A stretch of DNA of 63,721 nucleotides, filler included, from Octopus bimaculoides (taxonomy: Eukaryota): assembly GCF_001194135.2 (NCBI RefSeq). It is 5 parts of 5 records of this genome, joined end to end, with 100 filler letters (N's around TTAATTAATTAA, not from the genome) between each part and the next. Parts side by side here need not be neighbours in the genome. Positions count along the whole stretch, not along the records: positions 1 to 23,884 come from NC_068986.1; positions 23,985 to 31,887 come from NC_069007.1; 3 more parts are not named here. One strand, 5' to 3'. Of the stretch, positions 13,872 through 26,477 are shown in pieces. The notes below the pieces were generated by a model. It saw nothing but the letters and a program-made list of their open reading frames with translations, had not been told where the DNA came from and searched no databases. The position numbers were made by a program, and so were the translations under genes. The stretch's first letter is position 1, and every line of letters begins with the position of its first letter.

Positions 13872-14325
13872 TTTATTATTTATTGGGTTCATCTAGTGGC
13901 TGAGGCCATGCTGGAGCAACGATTTCCATGTGATTGGGTTTCTCTTCTGTACGGTTACTAGTGAAGTAACAAGTTGGACGAAGCTGCTCTTTGTTTCTCC
14001 TACAGCGATGTAAGTCCATTTGATATCTCAGATAAAAATTTGTGCAAGACGCTCATTGCTAACGTCCCATTTTTGTTATGCAGTACCGTTCAGTTCGGTG
14101 GCTGGTATTCCAGAATTGGGATCTAGACATTCTTGGATCTTCCATATCACTACAAATCTTACCCTCCATTTCCTTAGAGAGCTTAGCTTCAGTTCATGAA
14201 TCCTCCCTCAGTAGATAATCTGTTTCACCGAGTTCACTTTTTGTGTGTGCTAGTGCAGGATTTCTTCAAATCCCGCTACCACATTCAAGCTATTCTTAAT
14301 GTCTTCTTTAAGCATGATCTAGTAA
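13872..14325 (-). mobile_element. CR1-group LINE, old 3' fragment
   Basis: Translates IY*GRIHELKLSSLRKWRVRFVVIWKIQECLDPNSGI, homologous to the C-terminus of the LINE at 35668-39200. Ends in the same CCAGCATGGCC.CAGC tail. Confidence 0.7.
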
Positions 14326-14454
14326 TTTATGCTATAGACGTTATGCTATAGACCTTATGCTATAAACCTCTTTATCATAATCGATAATCAAAGAAGCGCA
14401 TATTATATATATATATATACATATATATATGTATGCATGTGTGCATGTATTTCA

Positions 14455-15400
14455 CAGTTCTATATTTAACAGATGAGGAATTATGTACATTATTTACATT
14501 TGACGGACCTTTATCATCAGGTGTCTTGGGGGAAATTTCGAACCTGTGTTCTCATTCATAAGGTATTTTTCGATGTTGATATTATTATGTCTGGAAGCGA
14601 ACTCGGAATCTTGGAGTTAGTAGTCCAGGGCTCTTAATCATTACGCCGAGGCTCTTAACCATATGCCCGCGGGCAATTATGGAGTGAATTTTAGGGTTTA
14701 TAAATCTAATATTGTCCTATCCTTCCTTAATACCTGTTCCCATATGCTTTTCCTATCCGCACTCCGTCTGTTTAAGAGGTTCGTATTTTCCAATGGTGTT
14801 CTCTGTCTATTATTTTACCTCCATCCCACAGGGGGAGGTGGTCTCCATTTTTCCATACATGATCAGCTATATCCGATTTATCAATATCTCCCCGTGTTGC
14901 AGCTTTGCCATGTTCCTCTACCCTTATTTTGAGGGGGCGACATATTTCGCCTTTGTATAACTTACCACAGCTGCATGGGATGGAGTGCATGCAGTTCCTA
15001 GTCATATTCTCTTCTATTGGTGGTTTTACTCGAAGGAAATATTTGCGAAGTGTTGTATTACTTTTGAATCCTGTCTTGATGTCATATGGGCCGCATATCT
15101 TTTGTATCTTTTCGGAGTGACCTTTCACATAGGGCAGACAGACTGTGGACAGTTCTCTTTTCTTCATAATTGTAGTGGAGAGTATGCTCTTGGGGTAGTT
15201 GTTGCTTAATAGATTGTTACTGAGCTTTATCATTTCTAGGTGGTGGGTATCACGATCGCTACTTATATTCATCGCTCGATGTTTTAGGCGCAGTAACCTT
15301 AACTGAAACACAGTCAACAACGTTGAATGAGTTGCACTATTAGATGGCCTGGTCGGAAGAAATTGAACAGTATTAGTGCCAAGTTGTATGTTGGCAAAAG
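14455..15400 (-). mobile_element. Penelope-like element, 3' part: RT thumb/linker plus GIY-YIG endonuclease and pLTR remnant
   Basis: ORF 14772-15320 contains LPYVKGHSEKIQKI, HSIPCSCGKLYKGEICRPLKIRVEEH and SDIADHVWKNGDH, typical of PLE GIY-YIG domains with CxC and His residues. Confidence 0.9.
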
Positions 15401-16480
15401 CGAACTTTAGGTTAGTTATATATGTTTGTGACCTATTTCAAGTTCATTGCAGTTACCCGGGAGAAAGAAATTCTCTCTAACGGTAAAAGTTATTTCGCGT
15501 TAATAACGGCTAGATAGCTTGGAACACTGCATCTGGGATGGCACAGGGGTCAACACTAGACACGTCTATTGTCTTTACGTTTTTTTTTTTTACTGTAAGA
15601 GAGAATTTTTTCGCCTCAGGAACTGCAGTGATTTGTCTTTAGAAGTTGGAATATGTTACAAACATCTTCTAATTAAACCACCGTTTGCAAATATTTATAT
15701 ATATATATATATATATATATGTANNNNNNNNNNATATCTGTGTGTGTGTACGTATGTATGTGTTTGTTTACGTATATATAATATACTTTTAGAATCAGTG
15801 TTGAGTGCTTTTGAAGTTTCGGGCTGCTCGATTTCATCGGAATATGGTACGTTGGAGCTGGTCTTGGCATCATATAGCATCTGTTTTCTTTACATATGAA
15901 GCTTGATAAGCGAAAACATAGGTATTTAAAACTTTTGAGAAATTCATTATTAGCAAATTAATACCGAGAAGCTACATTTAAATTGAGACAATCAATAAGT
16001 TTTGAAAGACGAGACTATTAAACGTGTAGGAATATATCAGGTTTATAAAAGTTGTTTCAAATAATATTTGAAATCATGAAATTTGTGAGGTGTGTTTGGT
16101 GAATGTATATATCATAAGAATCCCGTGAAGTTTGTTACCTCAAAAATATATTAGTTACATTAAATAGAGATTACGAACACATTTTCGTTGTGATACAAAT
16201 CGTATACGAGGGCCGGGGAGGATATAATTAAATTAGTTCAGCTTAAAAAGATATTGTTTTTACAACGTCTAAATCAAATTATAGGCTTATAAAATGATGA
16301 TTGTTAAATGAAGGATATTTAAATACAATCAAGTTAAAGGAAATTTATAAATGTAATACCTCACTCGATATTAATACTGGCGTAAGAAAAAATATATAAC
16401 CATAACAAGTTCAGATTGTTCGTATTTCGGTCCCGGTGTCCTGGAAACAATTCCACTTTATGGAATTTAGTGTATTATAA

Positions 16481-16691
16481 GGCGGCGAGCTGGCAGAAAC
16501 GTTTAGCACGCCGGGTGAAATGCTTAGCGGTATTTCGTCTGTCTGTACATTCTGAGTTCAAATTCCGTCGAGGTCGACTTTGCCTTTCATCCTTTCGGAT
16601 TGGTACTGTTCGTACAGTTGCGTACTGGGGTGGATCTAATCGACTGCCCACCCTCCCCCAAAATTTCGGGCCTTGTACCTAGAGTAGAAAA
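16481..16691 (+). mobile_element. tRNA-derived SINE family A, full length, with a perfect 19-bp TSD
   Basis: Head GGCGGCGAGCTGGCAGAA, B-box-like GAGTTCAAATTCC, central GTCGACTTTGCCTTTCATCCTTTCGG. TSD GGAATTTAGTGTATTATAA at 16462-16480 and 16692-16710. Confidence 0.92.
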
Positions 16692-17122
16692 GGAATTTAG
16701 TGTATTATAAACACATGGATGTAAGGAGGTTGTTCCACTGTGTTACACATAGAAAGAGTAGCATATTTTAGTCAAAATCTACCGGGAAATACTAAGAATG
16801 AATATGCAAGCCATCTATTCGATTCTGGCTATTCACTATTCAATAACGATTTATTATCAATTAGGAGACTGGAAGAAATAAAATATACAAGAATATTCAT
16901 TAGAAAAAGAAAATTAAAATACTGAAAAACACGCAAAAGGAAATTAAATGTTCAGATTTAACTATGAAGCTTTTCATCTTGGCAGTTTCTTTCGTATTTT
17001 TTATTGTATGTTTTTTAAACTTCTTTTGTATAGTTTGTAATCTGTACAATATCTCAAAACATTTTAAAGAGTACAAGAGTATAATTGATAATCAAAACAT
17101 TTAGATGATTTTGCAGCGTTAC

Positions 17123-17295
<173 letters not shown>

Positions 17296-17803
17296 TATAT
17301 AAGGTAAGCCTAAAGAGACAAATAATTTCTGCTCTGCAGCTTAAGATCTCTCCGAGAGGCATGTTTACCCATACTTACAAACATTACCAATTATCAAGCA
17401 TGCATCTCTGTAAAAACTTGCCAAAGGTTTAGCATACATATGTTCATATATCCATGGGTGGACTTGCAAGAACATGTATAAGTATACATGAATAAGAAAC
17501 ATATAGATCTGCATTTGCATTGATGCGTTCGTATTTCGGTCCCGGTGTATGTACATTCATAGATACACAATTACCAAGATGACGTTGGTGAAATGCTAAC
17601 AACGGAGACATGGATCTAGGCGAGAAACCAGCACTATTAGTAAGAAATCTATAAATACAGCTATACAATAACATACATACATACATATATACATATATAC
17701 ATACATACATACATACATACATACATACATACATACATACATACATACTTACATGTATACATACATACATACATACCTATTTCTCTCCTTGGAAAAGAGG
17801 AAA

Positions 17804-17834
<31 letters not shown>

Positions 17835-17839
17835 GATCG

Positions 17840-17880
<41 letters not shown>

Positions 17881-18042
17881 NNNNNNNNNNNNNNNNNNNN
17901 NNNNNNNNNNNNNNNNNNNNNNNNNNNNNNNNNNNNNNNNNNNNNNNNNNNNNNNNNNNNNNNNNNNNNNNNNNNNNNNNNNNNNNNNNNNNNNNNNNNN
18001 NNNNNNNNNNNNNNNNTGTCAGTCTATCTATGTATCTATCTA

Positions 18043-18102
<60 letters not shown>

Positions 18103-19570
18103 CAGAGAGAGACAGAGACAGAGAGAGACAGAGACAGAGAGAGAGACAGACAGAGACAGAGAGAGAGACAGAGACAGAGAGAGAGAGTGAGTGAGAGATG
18201 GACAGATATATAGATACATATTGATAATATACTTTGATGTATTTATACTCTTATACACATACATACACACACATATAAAAGAAAATACGAAGTTACAATA
18301 AATTCAACGTCATGGTTAGCGGAAGTGAAACCGGTTGACAAGCATAATACTCTTCCACTTATAAAATATATTAAAAAATGTATAAGAATTATGTAAATTG
18401 TGTATATTTTCCTTCTTTTATTATATTTATATATATTTTCCATTACAACTCACCACGTGAGGATAATCAGAATTCTCCTCCTCCCTTTTTTGTTACTATA
18501 TATATATATGTGGGTGAGTGTTTGTGTGTATATGTGTGTTTGAATCTATTAATGCAAGTAGTTCATGCAACTTCTCTCCTCTACGATTTGCTTGTCTAAT
18601 TTATGCGTGTTTCAGTCATATAGCAATTTCTTTCGTTTTGTAATCATACAACACGCTCAAATATTATTTTTATAATATTCTACTTTCGTACATTTAATAT
18701 TTTCTAATTTAATGACAGACCGTTTTTCTTTATTATGCTGTTTCTTTTACTTACACTATAGTTTAATATTCACAAATTGACGAACGTTATTATATAATTT
18801 ATTAATCTAATTTATCCATTCCGCAGACTATGTTATAGAAATCTCTACTAAATTAATTATACATTTCTCAGTTCAGTTCTAGTTTAGCAAGAACAGTTTT
18901 TAGGATTATTTAACCAACTCCAGATTTATTCCAACTAATCCACCATCGACTTAATAAGATTTACATAACTCTTATGATATCTAAATGTTCATACTACATC
19001 TTGTATGACACAGAACGTTCACCACTTCATACCATTCCCTTGCTGTAGATAATTTTTTAAATCCAAATGGGTCCATCCGTTTCATGACGTACAAAACTTC
19101 AAAAATTATTGGTTTAAATTTCATCCTCATCTCTCGAAATTTATTTGCACATTTCACAATTTGAATTTCTTAATATTTTACAATTTCATGTTTCAAAAAT
19201 CCTTAACGCATTACTGAGATTTCTTTTGCTGCAGGATTTCGAACCCGAATCTCTGGATACGCTGTCAGATATCACGAGTAAGCCACAATAGTTTCACATG
19301 ATCTGTCTATTAAGTAACCAATCAGCATTTATCCATCCCGAGATTCAACTTTCTAGAATCTCTATCTTGTACTCTCTACAAGGCCGTTTGTGCCGTTAAT
19401 TAATTGAACATTACTAGGGCAGATGCACGATGTGTTTCCGTTCTTCCCACACCGGAAATCCACACAGGCGGCTCAGTGGGTTGAAAAAACATCTGTCGCC
19501 ACGAATATAGCAAAATTGTTTGCAATTATATTGGGCAAGTTGCATGTTCACTTTATGTGCAATATCCTAA

Positions 19571-20044
19571 CTCTTTTACTTGTTTCAGTTAGTTGAATGC
19601 GGCCATGCTGGAGCACCGCATTTAGTTGAGCAAATCGACCCCAGGACTTATCTTAGTAAGCCTAGTACTTATTCTATCGGGTTCTTTTGCAGAACCGCTA
19701 AGTTACGGGGACGTAAACACACCAGCATCGGTTGTCAAGCGATGGTGGGGGACAAACACACACACACACACACACAAGTAGACATATATAGTCGNNNNNN
19801 NNNNNNNNNNNNNNNNNNNNNNNNNNNNNNNNNNNNNNNNNNNNNNNNNNNNNNNNNNNNNNNNNNNNATATATATATATATATACATATATATGACGGG
19901 CTTCTTTCAGTTTCCGTCTACCAAATCCACTCACAAGGCTTTGGTCGGCCCGAGACTATAGTAGACGCTTGCCCAAGGTGCCACGCAGTAGGACTGAACC
20001 CGGAACCATGTGGTTGATAAGCAAGCTACTTACCACAATGCCAC
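19571..20044 (-). mobile_element. tRNA-derived SINE family B, near full length, with an internal microsatellite
   Basis: On the minus strand: a tRNA-like head (GGGTTCAGTCC B-box), a CCTTGGGCAAG CORE-like segment, then (TA)/(TG)n with a gap, then a 3' part ending GCGGTGCTCCAGCATGGCCGCA...CTGAAACAAGTAAAAGAG. Confidence 0.88.
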
Positions 20045-20800
20045 AAAATATTTTGTTAAATGTTCGTAGGTGTTATTCAATTACTTCTCCACGCAGCCCA
20101 AGAAACATTATTATTCTTCATCTCAATCACCACTACACACCAGCCAACAACAATCACAAAAGTCACAGGTTACTCACAGTAAACTATGCTTTTATATATC
20201 TTGCTTATATCAGGACAGGCATTGTACATCGGCCAACCGGGTTTTTCTACGTTTTCCGTTTCCCATTCTGCTTTCTCTATATCTCTTTCCACGTAAGCTT
20301 TACCTTTTCTTCTATACCTTCATGTTAATGCCCTCTTTATCTCTTCCTTTCAAAATGCACCACAGTTCCACCCTCCTTGTATTTTATTTGTTTCTTCTCA
20401 GCTGACACACATCCTTTTCATAGTTTCGTGTTCTCACATACTTTATTCTCAGTTTATGTTTTAAAAATAACTTCATTATATGTTTCTCGCTCTTTCTCTA
20501 ATTTCTCAACGTTTCGGATATTATTCCTTCCCCAGTATTTACCATTATGCCTTCTGAAAACGATATTCTATGTTTAGGTATATGAATGTGCTTCTCTACT
20601 ATGGTTCATGCGAGATGACATCTTTGTTTTTATATGCATTCGAGGAATATTGCCTTATGATGTTTACACCTAATTCTATAATATAGGCAAGTTTATCCAT
20701 TATTCGTAGAAACAACTGTGAAAGCTTGATTTTGTCATTTAAAATTACTTAACATCTCAGGTACATATATTCCATAACCTATGGCCGTTTGTTCAACACT

Positions 20801-20865
<65 letters not shown>

Positions 20866-21131
20866 GCGAATATATATTGTATATATGTATCTATATATCT
20901 ATGTGTATATGTCCGTAGTCATAGCTGGTCTTTGACGCCACTGGTAACACGTAACCCAATACAATCTGTTGCATGAACGGGTCGTCGGCGACTAAATTGA
21001 TTGACCCATCAAGCTTGCTTCGTGTGGAAGGTGATTGTTGATCGCCCTCGTGGCGAAAAAGAAAATCTGACAAAAGGCGGAAGAGCTCATAAGCAGTCAA
21101 TGGTCATCCAACAATATGTATACATGTGTAA

Positions 21132-21343
21132 GGCAGCGAGCTGGCAGAAAAGTTAGCACGCCGGGAGAAATGCTTAGCGGTATTTCGTCTGACTTTACGT
21201 TCTGAGTTAAAATTCCGCCGAGGTCGACTTTGCCTTTCATCCTTTCGGGTTCGATAAATTAAGTACCAATTGTGTACTGGGGTCGAACTAATCGACTGGC
21301 CCCCTCCCCAAAACTTTCCGGCCTTGTGGCTAGAGTAGAAAAG
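21132..21343 (+). mobile_element. SINE family A, full length, with an 18-bp TSD
   Basis: Near-identical to 16481-16691. Flanks AATATGTATACATGTGTA and AATATATATACATGTGTA. Confidence 0.9.
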
Positions 21344-22125
21344 AATATATATACATGTGTATGCATGCATGTCTGTATGAACGGGGACCTAGAAATACCA
21401 GCCCCCCCTGTTGTTGTCATAGCATCTTTCTAAGAAAGGGAAACTCTGAGAGAAAACCTGACAAAATTCGATGATGTAGACTAGTACTTCTTTTCAAGTT
21501 TAAGTTAGACAACTGCGAAAGTGAGATTGGGTTCGTGCAAATCCTTTCCCCACAATAAAAAAAATCACAAGGCACAGGCATCGCTTGGAAAAAGAAAGGC
21601 CTCTCACAAATATGGATAGTTGTAGCCTGCACATTTGTGAGACTTTCGATGAAGCGATGGCAGTATTCGAACACGAGTTTGCAGCCATCAAGTAAGCATA
21701 TATGCATGCACGAATGTATATATGTATATATGTATGTGTGTATGTGTACTTAGGGTTTGTTGTACAGACAGGATAAATTGAACTCTAAACATTGGTGTAT
21801 AAATATATTATTTACAATATGGTATATGATAAGGAGAGGTTCCATATAAGGGTTTCGTGAATGTCACACTTAACCGCGATGACGTGATTACATTCGACAT
21901 CTTAAGAATGCCATGTGTTTAAATAGATACACGTTCCCTTCTCATACCTATGGATTTTCATGGTTTATTTATTCCCCATCAAATACTACATCGATTGAAT
22001 CTTGAGAATTTCACCTGCTTCAACGACATTGTAAATTAGATTTCACTGTATTCGTTTATTATATAAAGTGTTAGCAGAGTCCGTAAGAGAGCTTTCTGTG
22101 ACAGCCACACACATCTCTCTCTTTC

Positions 22126-22194
<69 letters not shown>

Positions 22195-22630
22195 NNNNNN
22201 NNNNNNNNNNNNNNNNNNNNNNNNNNNNNNNNNNNNNNNNNNNNNNNNNNNNNNNNNNNNNNNNNNNNNNNNNNNNNNNNNNNNNNNNNNNNNNNNNNNN
22301 NNNNNNNNNNNNNNNNNNNNNNNNNNNNNNNNNNNNNNNNNNNNNNNNNNNNNNNNNNNNNNNNNNNNNNNNNNNNNNNNNNNNNNNNNNNNNNNNNNNN
22401 NNNNNNNNNNNNNNNNNNNNNNNNNNNNNNNNNNNNNNNNNNNNNNNNNNNNNNNNNNNNNNNNNNNNNNNNNNNNNNNNNNNNNNNNNNNNNNNNNNNN
22501 NNNNNNNNNNNNNNNNNNNNNNNNNNNNNNNNNNNNNNNNNNNNNNNNNNNNNNNNNNNNNNNNNNNNNNNNNNNNNNNNNNNNNNNNNNNNNNNNNNNN
22601 NNNNNNNNNNNNNNNNNNNNNNNNNNATAT

Positions 22631-22673
<43 letters not shown>

Positions 22674-23486
22674 TCTAGAGAGAGAGAGAGAGAGAGATAA
22701 ATAGATAGATACTTAGCTATATACATATATTTATATTTATACATATGCATGTGTGTTAGTGTGTGTTAGTGTGTGTGAGTGTGTGTGTGTGTGTGTCTGT
22801 GTGTGTGTGTTTGTGCAAAGAGGGTATTATTTATGCTTTTGCATATTCGCTTTCCAAGGTGAACATGGCAATTGTGAAGATCTAGCCAAAGAGTTGACAA
22901 TTTGAAAGACTTGTAGGAATTCGTCAGCCTTACATTACGATGAAGTTTACACATGTGGTTAGTGTGATGGCATTTGTATCAAGTTGAATCAAATCAATTT
23001 ACTACAGCTAATGGAACTACTGAAGAACACGTAGCAAGTAGAGATCTGCTCAAACGTAAATTCGGTTACAGATACCTGACCCATATCTACAGGTGTCAAT
23101 GGATGTTTGTAGCTATGCCTCGCTAGCCTTTGGAGTGGAATTTGTCATTAACACTGATCCTAATTAGATAATGCTAACAAATTGAGGTAAAGCAATAAGT
23201 ATATCTGAATATAACTTTAAAGGTTGTTAATTGAAGACCTGTGAATAGATTCAGCGCATTTGTATTAGCACTTTTCAAGCATTTCAAGCGACGTCACAAC
23301 CTCAAATCATTCACGCTATCATGGTCCCCGTGACGTGAGTACACGAGGTTTTATCGCTTGGATTTTCAATGATCCTTACACTTGATTGGCTCTGCTAACT
23401 GCAAATGCAAAGCAAATACATCTCGTCCGCCAACGAATACGAAAATCTTGTTAACAGCTAATTCGACCATTTTATACGCTTATAGT

Positions 23487-23501
23487 AATGATAATAATAT
23501 C

Positions 23502-23554
<53 letters not shown>

Positions 23555-23581
23555 TAATAATAATAATAATAATGATAATAA
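23487..23581. repeat. (AAT)n microsatellite
   Basis: Read directly from the sequence; a second tract lies at 23986-24116. Confidence 0.97.
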
Positions 23582-23584
23582 TAC

Positions 23585-23884
23585 CCCAAAATTCGCAATT
23601 CTAACCAAAACCTGAAAATAATTGGTAAAATCCGCCTTGCACTTAAGGATATAATTTCAGCTAATGATGTTGATATTACAGATCTCAACCACCTGTACTA
23701 TGCATCCGCAAGAATCTCAACGATTCTATGTGGTGAAAAGATTAGAAAAAGACAACACTCCCACAAAAAGCCTTCTTGGCAAGAACGCATTCAACACCAA
23801 ATTAAGCTGCTTAGATCTGACATAGAATGTTTGTAAAACCTTAAATTTGACAAGAGTATCAAACCTGCAAAGACCCATAAACTA
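23585..23884 (+). mobile_element. R4/Dong-like non-LTR retrotransposon fragment (pre-RT region) adjacent to (TAA)n
   Basis: An ATG-less frame reads PKIRNSNQNLKIIGKIRLALKDIISANDVDITDLNHLYYASARISTILCGEKIRKRQHSHKKPSWQERIQHQIKLLRSDIECL*. This resembles the ITE.N.L.YAAA...P.W..R+...I..LR.D+ region of R4-clade ORFs. It runs into a scaffold gap. Confidence 0.6.
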
Positions 23885-24001
23885 NNNNNNNNNNNNNNNN
23901 NNNNNNNNNNNNNNNNNNNNNNNNNNNNTTAATTAATTAANNNNNNNNNNNNNNNNNNNNNNNNNNNNNNNNNNNNNNNNNNNNTGATGATGATGATGAT
24001 G

Positions 24002-24044
<43 letters not shown>

Positions 24045-24058
24045 TAATAATAATAGTA

Positions 24059-24089
<31 letters not shown>

Positions 24090-24120
24090 TAGTAATAGTA
24101 ATAATGATAATAATAATCCT

Positions 24121-24327
24121 TTCTACTCTAGGCACAAGGTCTGAAATTTCAGAGGAGGGGACTAGACAATTACATCATCCCCAGTACACAACTGGTACTT
24201 AATTTATCAACCACAAATGTTTGAAAGACAAAGTCAACCTCAGCGGAATTTGAACTCAGGACGTAAAGACAAACAAAACACCGCTCAGCATTTCGCCCGA
24301 CATGCGAACGATTCTGCCAACTTGCAG
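24121..24327 (-). mobile_element. SINE family A
   Basis: Reverse-complement match to 16481-16691. Confidence 0.85.
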
Positions 24328-24362
<35 letters not shown>

Positions 24363-25589
24363 TAATGAATTCTTACCACATGAAGCAGAATGGAAATATA
24401 AATGTATGCGAACATAATTTCAATCAAATTGAATTCAGTTGTTGTAAATAAAAAAGAAGTTAGACAACAGTTTCACTGGTGGTGGTCACTGGAATGGTTC
24501 TTCGAAGGAATCAGAGCAGATTCAGATGGAAGGTTTGGCCCGCATCGGTTTTTTATAGCAAGAATCAACCGAAAGAAGTGGGGTTCGGGGGTGGAGGAAT
24601 GTCCGGTTGGTGGCAGAAGAAGTGGTTTTTTTGGGATAGAAATTACCAGAACCAAGGGGCNNNNNNNNNNNNNNNNNNNNNNNNNNNNNNNNNNNNNNNN
24701 NNNNNNNNNNNNNNNNNNNNNNNNNNNNNNNNNNNNNNNNNNNNNNNNNNNNNNNNNNNNNNNNNNNNNNNNNNNNNNNNNNNNNNNNNNNNNNNNNNNN
24801 NNNNNNNNNNNNNNNNNNNNNNNNNNNNNNNNNNNNNNNNNNNNNNNNNNNNNNNNNNNNNNNNNNNNNNNNNNNNNNNNNNNNNNNNNNNNNNNNNNNN
24901 NNNNNNNNNNNNNNNNNNNNNNNNNNNNNNNNNNNNNNNNNNNNNNNNNNNNNNNNNNNNNNNNNNNNNNNNNNNNNNNNNNNNNNNNNNNNNNNNNNNN
25001 NNNNNNNNNNNNNNNNNNNNNNNNNNNNNNNNNNNNNNNNNNNNNNNNNNNNNNNNNNNNNNNNNNNNNNNNNNNNNNNNNNNNNNNNNNNNNNNNNNNN
25101 NNNNGGCAGCAGCAGCGACAGCAATGCTGTTGATGGTGATGATTATGATGATGATGATAAGAACAACAAACAAAGGAGCAATTTTAAAGAATTATTAAAA
25201 AGAAAAAAAGAAAAGAGAAAAAAATCACTAATTGAGGATGTAATTAGAACTTGAAATATCTAGAAGTGGTGGCCATGGTGGTGGTGGTGGTGGTGGTGGT
25301 GGTGGAGAAAAAGAGAGACCAGGGAGTGGAGAAGAGGTGTATAGCAGTGAGGGTGGGTGAGGTGGAACAGAGGCAGGTGGATAAAGGAATGGTTGATTTA
25401 TAAAACAAAAAGAAAAAAGATACAAGTGGTTCCCCCTTCCCTCAAAAAAAATCTGATAAACTTTATTAATGTTAAACAAAGGAAGGTGCTTCGTAACTTT
25501 TCCATTTTGGCAAATTACATCTGCGTTTGCTGCTGCTGCTGCTGTTGTTGTTATTTAACCCCGAGTCAATCCTGTTTGAGCAAACCTAC

Positions 25590-26020
25590 AATCAGAAGCA
25601 TCGAGGAAAAAAATGCCGCCCACCTGTTTTTTCAACGGCACTGACGACAGTTTCGTACGCCAGCCTCTGATCAGTGAGCAATTTCGGTTCATTTACTCTC
25701 AGGTATTCCGCAAGGTTATCAGCGTCATACGACAACTCCAGAAGTAACTTTGGTGCGACTGTGTTAACGTCCAGTCGCAATGAGGAAGGCAAACCGAATG
25801 TGTTCAATGCCGCCCTACCCATTTTGAGAAGGGCATCCTCAATTTCAATCAGCACATTATTGTAGATCAGGTCATTGTATCCAATGTCAGCATTAGAGCA
25901 CTGTTGCTTTGCCATCCAAAAGAAGTCCTTGGACATAGGGTCCCTGTACTTCACCCACAAAGAAGCTGGATCAGACAATGGCGATCTTACAGTATGAGCC
26001 TTTTCTGTAACACCCACACA
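25590..26020 (-). mobile_element. Helitron RepHel fragment (region just before helicase motif I)
   Basis: ORF 25592-26017 contains SDPASLWVKYRDPMSKDF and LLTDQRLAYETVVSAVEKTGG, followed after a frameshift by FFLDA, i.e. the start of FFLDAPGGTGKT. Confidence 0.85.
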
Positions 26021-26169
26021 ATCTTCACTACGGTGTTAGAGTTAGGGTACGGAAAAGGCTGATCTTTGGTAAAGATCGCCGAATACACTTTTTACTCCAG
26101 TCTCAATTGGCATGGTTTCTTACAGCTGGATTCCCTTTCTAATGCCAACCGCTCTGAGAGTGTAATGGG

Positions 26170-26477
26170 TGCAGCACTCCATCGCTTATGACGACGAGGG
26201 TTCTAGTTGATCCGATCAACGGAACAGCCTGCTTGTAAAATTAACGTGCAAGTGGCTGAGCACTCCACAGACACGTGTACCCTTAACGTAGTTCTCGGGG
26301 GATATTCAGCGTGACACAGTGTGACAAGGCTGACCCTTTGAATTACAGGTACAACAGAAACAGGAAGTAAGAGTGAGAGAAAGTTGTGGTGAAAGAGTAC
26401 AGCAGGGTTCGCCACCATCCCCTGCCGGAGCCTCGTGTAGCTTTAGGTGTTTTTGCTCAATAAACACTCACAACGCC
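26170..26477 (-). mobile_element. SINE family C, body (head lost in the gap)
   Basis: High identity to 29927-30215. Confidence 0.85.

Noticed and set aside
23013-23063. Hammerhead (CTGAAGA...TGCTCAAACGTA)
   Set aside because: G12 is missing and stem I does not pair.
23929-23940. TTAATTAATTAA islands inside N runs (also 31932-31943, 52919-52930, 61981-61992)
   Set aside because: Each is 44 N + 12 bp + 44 N = 100 and puts stops in all six frames. This is a scaffolding gap marker, not biology.
24400-24660. Coding exon (Trp/Gly-rich open frames running into a gap)
   Set aside because: No recognisable motif, rich in short homopolymer doublets, and at a contig end; may be low-quality sequence.
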